From the NCBI GenBank assembly GCA_963668675.2, contig CAXXMB010000002.1:1984001-2048000 (forward strand): a stretch of 64,000 nucleotides of DNA. The letters are read 5' to 3'. The notes under the pieces are model-generated. The model saw only the letters and a list, made by a program, of their open reading frames with translations. It made no database searches and had not been told where the DNA came from. Positions 40,985-50,999 of the stretch are shown here, piece after piece (the first letter of the stretch is position 1; the number at the start of each line of letters is the position of its first letter). This stretch comes from an uncultured Desulfatitalea sp. (lineage in GTDB: Bacteria; Desulfobacterota; Desulfobacteria; Desulfobacterales; Desulfosarcinaceae). The translations under genes and the position numbers were made by a program.

Positions 40985-41662
40985 CTACAGGCCGGCAACC
41001 TCTTTGCCGCAATTTTTGCAAACTTTGGCGCGCTTCTTGATGATCTCTGCACAAAAGGGGCACTCGCGCGTGAAGTGGTGTTCGTGTATTTTGGAGACGG
41101 CACTGTCGATGGCCTCCTGCAGCTTGGGATTGGCGGCCTTCATAAAGCTCAACGGCTCAATCGCTTCCAGTTCGCCAATATCGCCTAGCATCTCAGCAGC
41201 CTTGATACGAACCCGCATCGGCTCACAAGCATCGCTCAGCAGCCGCATGATGGTCAAGCCATCCTTGTTGACGTAGCAATCGGCCAGAATGGAAAACCCC
41301 TTTTTGGTCTGCTCTTTTAACACCTCCTGCTGAGCAAGCACCTCATCGTCGATAATCTGTCCCTGCCCCCCCATGGAACTGAAGACCGGCATGCATTCAA
41401 ACTGCTCGGTACCCGGATAGTTGAAGCAGCGCATGGAGGCGCGCTGGGCGTAATTCTCCTCCATGTCCTTCCACCCCTTTGTATAAAGGGGGCACTCGTC
41501 GTTGAAGCAGAGAAACAGAAAGGGGGCACCCCAGCCCAGTCCATCTGAAAAAGTGATCGGCGGCACCTCCCACAACTTCATCTCTTCATTGCAATGGGGA
41601 CAGCGCGGTTTAGGCATCGCCATGACCCGTTCCATATATTCCTGCTTGGTCTCTATTGCCAT
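40985..41662 (-). CDS. Zinc-ribbon plus HEAT-like repeat protein
   Basis: N-terminal CPHC...CFNDEC, central VRIKAAEMLG.IG...AIEPL, C-terminal CPFCAE.I...AKVCKNC. Confidence 0.8.
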   Translation of the reverse strand: MAIETKQEYMERVMAMPKPRCPHCNEEMKLWEVPPITFSDGLGWGAPFLFLCFNDECPLYTKGWKDMEENYAQRASMRCFNYPGTEQFECMPVFSSMGGQGQIIDDEVLAQQEVLKEQTKKGFSILADCYVNKDGLTIMRLLSDACEPMRVRIKAAEMLGDIGELEAIEPLSFMKAANPKLQEAIDSAVSKIHEHHFTRECPFCAEIIKKRAKVCKNCGKEVAGL

Positions 41663-42086
41663 AGCCCTCTCCAATAACACACTATTTAGTATCCATTCGA
41701 ACGGCCATCCCGATGCGCATGGACACTATTTAAAATCTGCCTACCGGCGACACACCGCCTGTGCAGGGCAAGGTAGAAACGTATCGAAACATACCCTTTA
41801 CAACACACCGGTTCTGGCTGTAAACACCAATTGCTAATCTAAGGCCAGATGAGGCTGTGTCAAACACCGACGGCGTGCTGTCCGGTCATGACAGCATCGC
41901 TGCTTGTAACCTTCTTCTGCCTTGAGTCTCAACACCTTCGGGTGGTATAGGTGAGATGGAGCGGGTCGCTTATGCACGGAAAGCGCCGCCACCCGCCCCA
42001 CCCTCCATGGTCTTAATCGTTAACCCCAAAAGCAGCGTGCTCCGATGATCCATCAGGTCGGGTCACGGAATTCATAAGGAGGCCCC

Positions 42087-42290
42087 ATGAGCATCGATCG
42101 TTGGGTTATGGCTTGGGCAGGCATTGTCATCCTTGGCAGTCTTTTGTTGTCGTTGATACATAGCGACTACTGGCTTTTATTGACGGCTTTCGCCGGTGCG
42201 AATCTTCTCCAGGCATCCTTCACCGGATTTTGTCCGATAGTGGTGGTGCTGAAAAAACTTGGCGTCAAGCCAGGCGCCGCCTTTGAATAG
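42087..42290 (+). CDS. DUF2892/YgaP-like small membrane protein
   Basis: Two TM helices with NLLQASFTGFCP; AAGGAGG RBS. Confidence 0.88.
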   Translation: MSIDRWVMAWAGIVILGSLLLSLIHSDYWLLLTAFAGANLLQASFTGFCPIVVVLKKLGVKPGAAFE

Positions 42291-42304
42291 AACAACTGCG
42301 ACGT

Positions 42305-42781
42305 ATGACGATGACCGCCGAAAAGCAGTGCCTCGATAAAGCCTTGCGTCTGCTCGGTCGCCGGGACCACAGCTGCCGGGAACTTTCACAAAAATTGAAG
42401 CAGCGCGGCTTCTCATCCGAACTGATCGCCTCGGCTATCGAGGCCTGCAAGAAAATGAACTACCTGGATGACCGACGGTTCTGCGAAGGCTATACCCGCC
42501 ATTTGCGCCGCAAGGGATATGGGGTGATGCGCATTGTACAAAAGCTGAAGGAGAAGGGTGTAGCCGAAACGCACATCCGGGAGAGCATCGAGCAGCAGTG
42601 CCAAAATGCGTGCCAGGTAGAAGATTGTCGCAGGGTCATAGAAAAGAAAATGCCCGCCCAACAAACCAGAGACCGCCTCTTTCGGTTCCTCTACCAGCGG
42701 GGTTTTTCAAATGAGGTGATTAAAGAGGCCTTGCGTGAGACCGCGGATCTTTGGAATTCAGAAAGATTCGGGTTGTCATGA
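42305..42781 (+). CDS. recX: Regulatory protein RecX
   Basis: ALRLL.RRDHS..EL.QKL, YLDDRRF, G..RI.QKL..KG, RFL..RGF. Confidence 0.92.
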   Translation: MTMTAEKQCLDKALRLLGRRDHSCRELSQKLKQRGFSSELIASAIEACKKMNYLDDRRFCEGYTRHLRRKGYGVMRIVQKLKEKGVAETHIRESIEQQCQNACQVEDCRRVIEKKMPAQQTRDRLFRFLYQRGFSNEVIKEALRETADLWNSERFGLS

Positions 42782-42931
42782 AGCGCTACTCGAGCAGACC
42801 TCCTATGGCGTTTCCTCAAGACAATTGACTTCCAGGCAATCTCTCCGTTGCAAACGTCCCCCTGTAAATCATGATCCAGGTGGTGGGTACACGTGGAGAG
42901 ATCTGGCAATTGGTCCAAATCTACCAAAAGA

Positions 42932-42965
42932 AAAGGCAACCCTTCCCAATATAGGGCTGCCTTTC
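42932..42965. terminator. Rho-independent terminator downstream of the HU gene
   Basis: AAAGGCAaCCCT...AGGGcTGCCTTT stem with an A-run on the + strand (U-run on the - strand). Confidence 0.65.
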
Positions 42966-42988
42966 AAAATGACTTCGATATGGCGGAA

Positions 42989-43261
42989 CTAGATGGCTTC
43001 TTTGAGCTTCTTACCAGGTTTGAATTTCACGACATTAGAAGCCTTGATTTTGATTACTTCACCGGTCTGCGGATTTCTGCCTTTACGGGCTTTGCGGCGT
43101 GTTTTCTGGAAAGTGCCAAATCCCACCAAAGTAACCTTGCCATCTTTTTTCTTCAGTGCTTTTGTCACACTTTCCACAAAAGACTCCAAAGCAGTCTGTG
43201 CCGCCGCTTTGGTGATGCCGGCATCTTTGGCCATTTTCTCAACGATTTCCGCTTTTGTCAT
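42989..43261 (-). CDS. hup: DNA-binding protein HU
   Basis: MTKAEIV, V.LVGFGTF, GRNPQTG, FKPGK.LK; AGGAGG RBS. Confidence 0.97.
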   Translation of the reverse strand: MTKAEIVEKMAKDAGITKAAAQTALESFVESVTKALKKKDGKVTLVGFGTFQKTRRKARKGRNPQTGEVIKIKASNVVKFKPGKKLKEAI

Positions 43262-43556
43262 CTGAATTCCTCCTTTTAAAAAAATGGTATGACCCGCCAA
43301 CTCTGCTATAATTAGGCATTTACAGTCTCATATAGTCTTTGTCAACACCTAAGTGCCGATCATTAGCGGTTTTTTACATCTCCTCCCCGCTTCAAACTGC
43401 GCGGGTCAATGATTTCCGCATCTGTGCAAATCCCGATCCTTTCATTATAAGCGAAGGCGTCGTCAAATCTTTAAAGAGAAACCCGGTCCGAGTTATGGCA
43501 CGCAAATCGCCACCGGCTTCCGGAGAGAGATAGGAGCAGAGGCGTCGCAAGCTTTT

Positions 43557-45086
43557 TTATGCACTGTATGAACGGTCCAGAATGCGGTACTGGATGGCCT
43601 CTGCCACATGCCGGGCAGCGATTGCTTCCTGCCCGGAGAGATCAGCGATGGTGCGGCTGATCTTTAAGATCCGGTTCATAGCGCGGGCGGAGAGTCCCAT
43701 TTTGTCGATGGCCGCCTCGAGCAGCCCCGAAGCCTCTTTGCCGATGGCGCACCACTTTTTCAGATGGCGATTGCTCATTTGCGCATTACAAAATATCCGC
43801 GATCTGCGAAACCGCTCCTGTTGCACGGTCCTGGCGGCAATCACGCGCCTGCGGATATCTTCCGATCTCTCCGCGCGTGCCTCTCCTATTAGATCCTTAT
43901 AGGCGACAGCCGGCACCTCGATGTGGATATCGATACGATCGAGCAGTGGGCCTGACAGGCGCGCCCGATACCTTTGGATTTGCTGAGCGGTGCAGCGGCA
44001 GGTGTGGTTTGGATCAGAGTAATAACCGCAAGGGCAAGGATTCAGGGCCGCAACCAGCATGACACGGGCCGGATAGGTAATGGTCGAGTTGGCTCGCGAC
44101 AAAGTGACCTTCCCATCTTCAAGCGGTTGACGCAGTACTTCGAGCACATGCTTCTTATACTCGGGCAGCTCATCCAGAAAAAGCACCCCGTGATGCGCCA
44201 AGCTGACCTCGCCCGGCCGTGGCACGACCCCGCCGCCGATCAAACCGGCGTCGGAAATGGTGTGGTGCGGAGAGCGGAAACAGCGCGTGGCGATCAAGGC
44301 CCTGTCCCGTCCGAGCAGGCCTGCGACACTATAGATCCTGGTCGTTTCAATGGCCTCTTCAAAGGTCGGAGGAGGCAATATGGACGGGATTCGTCGGGCC
44401 AGCATGGTCTTTCCTGCACCGGGCGGCCCAACCATCAGCGCGTTATGGCCGCCTGCCGATGCGATCTCCAGTGCACGTTTCACGTGCTCCTGCCCTTTCA
44501 CTTCTTCAAAATCTTCCTTGGTGGAAGGGCTGCCCAGCAAGGCGACCGGATCGGATCGTTCGATATCGATCTGTTTTTGCCCGCGTAGAAACTCGATGAC
44601 CTGGGACAAATGCTTCGCAGGATAGACGTCGATACCCTTCACGACGGCTGCCTCCTTACGGTTGGCAAATGGCACCACAATGTTTTTGAATCCCTCTTGC
44701 ATCGCAGCCAAAGCCATGGAGAGAGAACCGAAAACCGGCTTGATGCGACCGTCCAGGCTCAGCTCTCCAAGCAGAAGAAGCTCGGCTGCCACTTCCTGGG
44801 GAACGACACCGGTTGCCACCAGGATGCCCACGGCAATGGGCAGGTCAAAGCCCGTTCCCTCTTTTTTGATGTGCGCCGGTGCCAGATTGACGGTAATGCG
44901 ATCGTCGGGAAAAGCATATCCCGAATTCTTGATGGCCGCCTTTACTCGCTCTTTGCTCTCCTTCACAGCGGTCTCCGGCAACCCCACGGTCACAAAGGAG
45001 GGGAGGCCGTTGGCAATATCTATCTCCACTTCAACGGGGTATGCTTCTACGCCGATAACGGCACTGCTCATCACCTTCGATAGCAC
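43557..45086 (-). CDS. comM: YifB/ComM Mg-chelatase-like AAA+ ATPase
   Basis: VGLPE.AVKES.ERV, NLAPA..KKEG..FDL, GPPGAGKT, PGEVSLAH.GVLFLDE, NPCPCG. Confidence 0.96.
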   Translation of the reverse strand: MLSKVMSSAVIGVEAYPVEVEIDIANGLPSFVTVGLPETAVKESKERVKAAIKNSGYAFPDDRITVNLAPAHIKKEGTGFDLPIAVGILVATGVVPQEVAAELLLLGELSLDGRIKPVFGSLSMALAAMQEGFKNIVVPFANRKEAAVVKGIDVYPAKHLSQVIEFLRGQKQIDIERSDPVALLGSPSTKEDFEEVKGQEHVKRALEIASAGGHNALMVGPPGAGKTMLARRIPSILPPPTFEEAIETTRIYSVAGLLGRDRALIATRCFRSPHHTISDAGLIGGGVVPRPGEVSLAHHGVLFLDELPEYKKHVLEVLRQPLEDGKVTLSRANSTITYPARVMLVAALNPCPCGYYSDPNHTCRCTAQQIQRYRARLSGPLLDRIDIHIEVPAVAYKDLIGEARAERSEDIRRRVIAARTVQQERFRRSRIFCNAQMSNRHLKKWCAIGKEASGLLEAAIDKMGLSARAMNRILKISRTIADLSGQEAIAARHVAEAIQYRILDRSYSA

Positions 45087-45219
45087 GGTATCTCCTTATT
45101 TCAGAAAGTCCTCCGGTTTGGCGATCATTTCGCCATGCCGGCCGGCAGGAATTCCCAATTCCTGCCGGCCAGGATTTTGCATTATTTTGTTGTATAAAAG
45201 ACGCATCATGGGATAATAA

Positions 45220-45239
45220 GTGTGTCGTTTTTAACACAC
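45220..45239. promoter_or_regulatory. Palindromic upstream activating sequence candidate
   Basis: GTGTGT-N8-ACACAC, about 95 bp upstream of a sigma-54 motif. Confidence 0.55.
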
Positions 45240-45334
45240 GATCGATAAGGAGCCGGCCTAGAATCGATTCCACTTAGATGCCACTCTATACAATTGAGTT
45301 ATAATTCAGATAGTTGACCAAATATCCGCATAAA

Positions 45335-45350
45335 AGGCACAAACATTGCT
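45335..45350 (+). promoter_or_regulatory. Sigma-54 (-24/-12) promoter upstream of lpxC
   Basis: AGGCAC-AAACA-TTGCT versus the consensus TGGCAC-N5-TTGCW. Confidence 0.65.
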
Positions 45351-45593
45351 TGAAAGGCCCAGACGCTCAACGAAAACGAAATAGCGGAGCACCAAGCTTC
45401 TGCACCAAGGGCAATAGGAAAGAGAGTCGAAAAGGCATGGAGCTGGCAGTGCTCAATCAGGGCAGCGATACGGTGACGGTTCGGTCACAACGCACCCATC
45501 AGGTGGGACGAAGCACTCCGCTAAAATCTAAAAGCCGCTTGCGGATCGGAAGGTACATAACAGCATCAGTGGTCAGCGGCAAGGAAATAGATA

Positions 45594-46502
45594 ATGATGA
45601 ATAAAAGATATCTGCAAAAAACGATTACCAAGGAGGTACACTGCTCAGGCATCGGTGTCCATTCGGGCAAAGAGGTCAACCTGAGCGTCCAACCGGCCCC
45701 AGTCAATCATGGGATCCGGTTTGCCCGTATGGACCTGCCCAACCGCCCAAGTGTCCCGGCACGGTTCAACAAGGTGGTCGATACCAGCCTGGCCACCGTC
45801 ATTGGAGAGGATGGATTTATCGTCTCCACTATTGAGCACATGATGGCGGCATTGACTGGCCTTGCCATCGATAACGCGCTCGTCTTGGTCGACAACTACG
45901 AGCTGCCCATAATGGACGGCAGCGCAGGGCCTTTTGCCCGCATGCTGCAATCCGCCGGCATAGAGGTTCAATCTGCACCGAGATGCTTTTTCGTTGTCCA
46001 GGAGCCGATCGAGCTGGAAGAGAACGGAAAATTCGTGGGGGCCTATCCGGCCCCCCATTTCAGACTGACGTGCACGATCGAGTTCGAGCATCGCCTCATC
46101 AAGACCCAAACGTATGACGTGATCGTCGACAACGGCTGTTTTCAAAATGAGATCGCCGATGCGCGCACCTTTGGTTTTCGCCAGGAAGTAGAATACATGA
46201 AACAATTCGGTTTGGGACAGGGCGGGTCACTGGATACGGCGATTATTGTCGATCAGGACAAAATCCTCAACCCAGGCGGGCTTCGCTACGAAGATGAGTT
46301 TGTCCGGCACAAACTGCTGGATTGCATCGGCGACTTTTCACTGCTCGGCCTACCGCTAATGGCGCATATTGTCACCAAACGATCAGGCCATGCGTTCAAT
46401 CACGCTTTCCTCGAATGGTTCTTCCAGCAAAAAGGCGCCTGGCAGACAAGCACCTTTGACGAAACGCCCGATGTAACACCTGTGAAACAGCTTGCCAATT
46501 AA
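45594..46502 (+). CDS. lpxC: UDP-3-O-acyl-GlcNAc deacetylase
   Basis: G.GVHSG, STIEH.MAAL, E.PIMDGSA, ARTFGF, EFVRHKLLD..GD, GH. Confidence 0.98.
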   Translation: MMNKRYLQKTITKEVHCSGIGVHSGKEVNLSVQPAPVNHGIRFARMDLPNRPSVPARFNKVVDTSLATVIGEDGFIVSTIEHMMAALTGLAIDNALVLVDNYELPIMDGSAGPFARMLQSAGIEVQSAPRCFFVVQEPIELEENGKFVGAYPAPHFRLTCTIEFEHRLIKTQTYDVIVDNGCFQNEIADARTFGFRQEVEYMKQFGLGQGGSLDTAIIVDQDKILNPGGLRYEDEFVRHKLLDCIGDFSLLGLPLMAHIVTKRSGHAFNHAFLEWFFQQKGAWQTSTFDETPDVTPVKQLAN

Positions 46503-46655
46503 TGGTGGTTCCTCTATGATGCTTCTTTGACACAGCATCACAGATGCCCTTGTAACAGACTGTTGAAACAGACGAATCTGCCCTTGCCGAAAGGCAGCAG
46601 CAATAAAAATCTATCCGGCACAAGATTGGACGGACGCAAACAAATCGTGCAGAAA

Positions 46656-47219
46656 ATGAAAATCAGTGCCTTGCTCATATGGGTTCTCAGCGGTCTGTTG
46701 TTGATGCTGCCATCGCCGAGTTGCGCCCAGGATGCAAGCCTTACCAATATCATCGTTACCAACACGCGAGACGATTTACTTCTCTACCTGACGGTCAAAG
46801 ACGCATTTCCACCAGACATCGAAGAGACAATTAAAAGCGGGGTTCCAGCCACCTTCAGTTTCCTGGTCAATCTTTATCGCGTGCGCGGATTCTGGATGGA
46901 CAAAGAGATCAATGAGATTGTCGTTACCCACACCATCAAATACGATAATCTGAAAAAAGAGTTTTCGGTCACCCGTTCATGGGACGGCAACCGTCCACAG
47001 GTGGTCAAATCCTTCGAAGAGGCAAAAAAACTGATGAAGGAGATCGACAGCCTGCCCATTGTCTCGCTGAACGAGCTTGAAAAAGGAAAGCAATACCAGA
47101 TTCGGGCCAAAGCAAAGCTGAGCAAGCTTACCCTCCCCTTTTATTTGCACTACATCCTGTTTTTCATGTCATTGTGGGACTTTGAAACCGACTGGTATAC
47201 CATTGACTTTATGTATTGA
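46656..47219 (+). CDS. DUF4390 domain periplasmic protein
   Basis: Signal peptide; position directly upstream of an NtrY-like kinase is typical; C-terminal WDFETDW. Confidence 0.8.
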   Translation: MKISALLIWVLSGLLLMLPSPSCAQDASLTNIIVTNTRDDLLLYLTVKDAFPPDIEETIKSGVPATFSFLVNLYRVRGFWMDKEINEIVVTHTIKYDNLKKEFSVTRSWDGNRPQVVKSFEEAKKLMKEIDSLPIVSLNELEKGKQYQIRAKAKLSKLTLPFYLHYILFFMSLWDFETDWYTIDFMY

Positions 47220-47258
47220 TCGTTACCCTTAACTGACCTTTCGCACCGATGCGCCGCC

Positions 47259-49490
47259 ATGAAACGTTCAGAGCCAACATCGAAAAGCAAGCTCCCGGAC
47301 GAAGAGAAACGGCGCCGCAAGCGCGAACTCACCCTCATCTTTGCCATCATCCCCATTGTCGGTGTTCTGGCGTTTGTCCTCAACCGCAATATTTACATCC
47401 GGGCCGACTTTCCAGTCTCTAATCAGATTTTGATGTTCATCCTGATCAATATCAATCTACTCCTTTTACTGCTCCTGATCTTCCTTGTGTTTCGCAACCT
47501 GGTCAAGCTGTTGTACGATCGCAAGCGTAACGTTATGGGCGCCAAGCTTCGAACACGCCTGGTTCTCGCCTTTGTCACCTTGACATTACTGCCATCCACG
47601 GTTCTGTTTGTTTTCTCCATCAGTTTCATCACCAGCAGCATCGAGTTCTGGTTCAATGTACCGGTAGAGCAGGCGCTGGCCAACTCGCTGCGCGTCGGCC
47701 ATATGATGTATGAGCGTGCCGAACGGGAGAGCGGCTTCCTGCTGGAGCGGGTGGCCTACCAAATCGAAAAGAAGAACCTTTTGGCTACAGACAAACTGGA
47801 GGCGCTGGCACACTATATCCAGGTGGTACAACGCGAGTTCAATCTGGATGCCATCGAAAGTTACGATGCCAATGCCGAAAGGCTCGCCTACGCGCTGGCG
47901 CCGATCCTCGAGCAGGCGCCATTCGCGCGAATCGGGGCAAGCGACCTGCTCAAACCCTCCTCCGAAGAGGGCGTTCAGACCATTTCCACCCGTGTTAACG
48001 ATGCGGAATTGCTGCGCACCATCGGAACCGTCCCGTTCGACGCTCCTCCGGACAAAATCATGGGTTTTGTGGTGATCTCCTTCTATGTGTCACCCGACAT
48101 TTCCGAAAGCATGTCATCGATTCAGCGGGGATTTGAAGAGTATCAACAGATCACCCTGTTAAAACGACCGATCCAGACCTTCTATTATATTACCTTGTCG
48201 GTAGTTGCCCTATTGGTCGTATTCTGCGCCGTATGGCTTGGGTTTTACCTGGCCCGCACCATCACGATCCCCATTATGCGGCTGGCCGACGGGACGCGCC
48301 GCGTGGCCGAAGGTGATTTGAGTTTTGCCCTGGAGGTTCAGGCCGATGATGAAATCGGCAGCCTGGTGACGGCCTTCAACAAAATGACGCGCGACCTGCG
48401 CATCGGAAGGGAACAGCTCGAGCTCTCCGCCCAAATGCTTCGCGAGCAAAACATCGAGATCGAGGCACGCCGCCGCTATATGGAGATTGTGCTGAAAAAT
48501 GTATCGGCCGGTGTCATCACCCTTGATGCCAAAGGCGCCGTGATGACGTTCAACACCTCGGCCGAACGTATGCTCAACCTGAAGGCTGGCGACATTTTAA
48601 ACAAGGATTTTAAAACCCTTCTCAAGGGCCCTCAACTCCAGTTGGCAGAAGAGATCATCGAGAGCTTGCCCAATAGCCAACAAGAGACCATGGAGATTCC
48701 GCTACGCGTGGCCATCGATGGCCGCCCGCGAAGCTTTTTGGCCTACATCAACGCCCTGAAAGATGAGGGAAACCAGCATTTCGGCATCGTTATGGTCATC
48801 GACGATCTGACCGAACTGGAGAAGGCCCAGCGCATGGCCGCCTGGCGGGAGGTGGCACGGCGCATCGCCCATGAAGTCAAGAATCCACTCACGCCGATCT
48901 CCCTCTCGGCGCAGCGCCTCAAGCGCAAGTACTCGGATCGAATCAATGAGCCGGTCTTTGATGAGTGCACCCAGATGATCATCAACCACGTTGAACTGAT
49001 TCGCAATCTGGTCAATGAATTTTCTGCTTTTGCCCGGTTTCCCACAGCAGACCCAAAACCCTGTGACCTTGCCCCTCTGATCGAGGAGACGGTGGCGCTC
49101 TACAGAGAGGGCCATCCAAACATCAATTTTCAGGTACAGATCCAAGACATATTGCCGATGATGAGTCTCGATCGCCAGCAGATCAAGCAAGCGATGATCA
49201 ACCTTGTAGACAACGCCGTTTCAGCCATTCGAATCGAAGGAAATCTGCGGATAATGGTCTCTCACGACCCCATTCTCAATATGGTGCGCATCGAGGTGAC
49301 CGACGATGGCGACGGTATTTCCGATGAAGATAAAATCCGTCTTTTCGAACCCAATTTTTCCACCAAGAAAGCGGGAATGGGCCTTGGCCTGACCATTGTC
49401 AACAGCATCATCACCGACCATGGCGGAAGGATCAGCGTACAGGACAATTTTCCTCAGGGGGCCAAATTCGTCATTGAACTTCCAGCATGA
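47259..49490 (+). CDS. ntrY: NtrY-like HAMP-PAS sensor histidine kinase
   Basis: Three N-terminal TMs plus one more TM, HAMP (DEIGSL..AFN.M), PAS, AWREVARRIAHEVKNPLTPI. Confidence 0.92.
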   Translation: MKRSEPTSKSKLPDEEKRRRKRELTLIFAIIPIVGVLAFVLNRNIYIRADFPVSNQILMFILININLLLLLLLIFLVFRNLVKLLYDRKRNVMGAKLRTRLVLAFVTLTLLPSTVLFVFSISFITSSIEFWFNVPVEQALANSLRVGHMMYERAERESGFLLERVAYQIEKKNLLATDKLEALAHYIQVVQREFNLDAIESYDANAERLAYALAPILEQAPFARIGASDLLKPSSEEGVQTISTRVNDAELLRTIGTVPFDAPPDKIMGFVVISFYVSPDISESMSSIQRGFEEYQQITLLKRPIQTFYYITLSVVALLVVFCAVWLGFYLARTITIPIMRLADGTRRVAEGDLSFALEVQADDEIGSLVTAFNKMTRDLRIGREQLELSAQMLREQNIEIEARRRYMEIVLKNVSAGVITLDAKGAVMTFNTSAERMLNLKAGDILNKDFKTLLKGPQLQLAEEIIESLPNSQQETMEIPLRVAIDGRPRSFLAYINALKDEGNQHFGIVMVIDDLTELEKAQRMAAWREVARRIAHEVKNPLTPISLSAQRLKRKYSDRINEPVFDECTQMIINHVELIRNLVNEFSAFARFPTADPKPCDLAPLIEETVALYREGHPNINFQVQIQDILPMMSLDRQQIKQAMINLVDNAVSAIRIEGNLRIMVSHDPILNMVRIEVTDDGDGISDEDKIRLFEPNFSTKKAGMGLGLTIVNSIITDHGGRISVQDNFPQGAKFVIELPA

Positions 49491-49607
49491 TTACCGGATG
49501 ATATAGCTGACGGTGCGCTTGACAGTACGCCTAAAGAGACATCTGAAGATACACCTAAAGACAAAATAGATCGTTCCAAATGCTAAAAGTAAGAAGGAAA
49601 ACCTATC

Positions 49608-50975
49608 ATGTTCCCAACCATACTGATCGTAGATGACGAACCCTCTATCCGTCAATCTCTGCAGGGTATCCTGTCAGACGAGGGATTTGAGGTGACAACG
49701 GCCTCCAACGGCTATGAAGCACTTCAACAGATCGAGGCAGATGCCCCGGATCTTGTACTGCTCGACATCTGGATGCCCGGTCTCGATGGGCTCGAAACCC
49801 TCAAGGAGATCAAGAAGAACCACCCCTATATCCAGGTGATCATGATTACCGGCCACGGCACCATCGAAACCGCCGTTCAGGCCACCAAGCTGGGGGCCTT
49901 TGATTTCATTGAAAAGCCGCTCTCCATCGAAAAGGTGATCGTGGCCATCAACAACGGTCTCAACTTCCGTCGACTGGAAGAGGAGAACCGTTACCTGCGC
50001 AAAAAGACCATCGATAAACACGCCATCACCGGCAACAGCGCTCCGATTCAAACCTTGAAAATGACCCTTGCCAAGGTGGCGCCCAGCGACAGTTGGGTGT
50101 TGATCAAGGGGGAAAATGGCACTGGCAAGGAGCTGGTCGCCAGAAATATCCACCACATGAGCCGGCGCGCCACCAAGCAACTGATCGCCGTCAACTGCGC
50201 CGCCATTCCAGAAGAGCTGATCGAAAGCGAACTGTTCGGTCATGAGAAGGGGGCCTTTACCGGCGCCAACAGCAAAAAAGTGGGCAAATTCCAATTGGCG
50301 GACAAGGGCACCCTCTTTCTGGATGAGATCGCCGATATGAGCCTGAAGACCCAGGCCAAGATACTGCGCGTGCTGCAAGAGAAGCAGTTTCAGCGCGTTG
50401 GCGGAAGCCGCACCCTTCAGGTCGATGTGCGCGTCATCGCCGCCACCAATAAAAGCCTTGAAGAGGAGATCCAGCGCGGCACGTTTCGAGAAGATCTCTA
50501 CTATCGGCTCAATGTGGTGCCCATTGAGGTGCCGTGCCTCAGGGACCGCGCCGAAGATATCGACACCCTCGTCGATGTCTTCCTGGAAGAGGCGGCCCAC
50601 CAGAGCAAATCACCCAAAAGAAGCATGTCGCCGGATGCGGTGAAACTGCTCAAGCAATACAGCTGGCCGGGCAATGTACGCGAACTGAAAAATCTTATCG
50701 AGCGTCTGGTCATCATGAGCACGGGGCAACTGATCGAAGTAAAAGATCTCCCCGAACCGTACAATCCAGGGGCCGTCTCCGGGACATCGGAAGGCACCGA
50801 ATCGCTGTTTGCCATCGAGGAGTTAAAAGCAGCCAAGCAGCAGTTCGAGCATCACTTCATCCACCGCAAGCTTGAAGAGAACGAACACAACATCACCCGC
50901 ACGGCGAAATCGATCGGTGTGGAACGCAGCTATCTGCACCGCAGGATTAAAAAACTTTCGGAAGATGTCGAATAG
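49608..50975 (+). CDS. ntrX: NtrX-like sigma-54-dependent response regulator
   Basis: Receiver (LLDIWMP), GENGTGKE, intact GAFTGA, Fis-type HTH. Confidence 0.92.
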   Translation: MFPTILIVDDEPSIRQSLQGILSDEGFEVTTASNGYEALQQIEADAPDLVLLDIWMPGLDGLETLKEIKKNHPYIQVIMITGHGTIETAVQATKLGAFDFIEKPLSIEKVIVAINNGLNFRRLEEENRYLRKKTIDKHAITGNSAPIQTLKMTLAKVAPSDSWVLIKGENGTGKELVARNIHHMSRRATKQLIAVNCAAIPEELIESELFGHEKGAFTGANSKKVGKFQLADKGTLFLDEIADMSLKTQAKILRVLQEKQFQRVGGSRTLQVDVRVIAATNKSLEEEIQRGTFREDLYYRLNVVPIEVPCLRDRAEDIDTLVDVFLEEAAHQSKSPKRSMSPDAVKLLKQYSWPGNVRELKNLIERLVIMSTGQLIEVKDLPEPYNPGAVSGTSEGTESLFAIEELKAAKQQFEHHFIHRKLEENEHNITRTAKSIGVERSYLHRRIKKLSEDVE

Positions 50976-50999
50976 CCGCCATCATCAAAGGAGGGGCTG

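Noticed and set aside
43496..43511. TGGCAC-GCAAA-TCGC sigma-54-like motif
   Set aside because: It points into the 3' end of comM on the antisense strand with no downstream gene, so it is probably chance.
45141..45170. Strong hairpin CCGGCAGGAATT-CCC-AATTCCTGCCGG upstream of comM
   Set aside because: It is a real inverted repeat but has no U-tract, no upstream gene to terminate and no second copy in the window. No function can be supported.
45314..45604. 96-aa ORF upstream of lpxC
   Set aside because: It has a TTG start, no motif, and overlaps the predicted sigma-54 promoter and leader.
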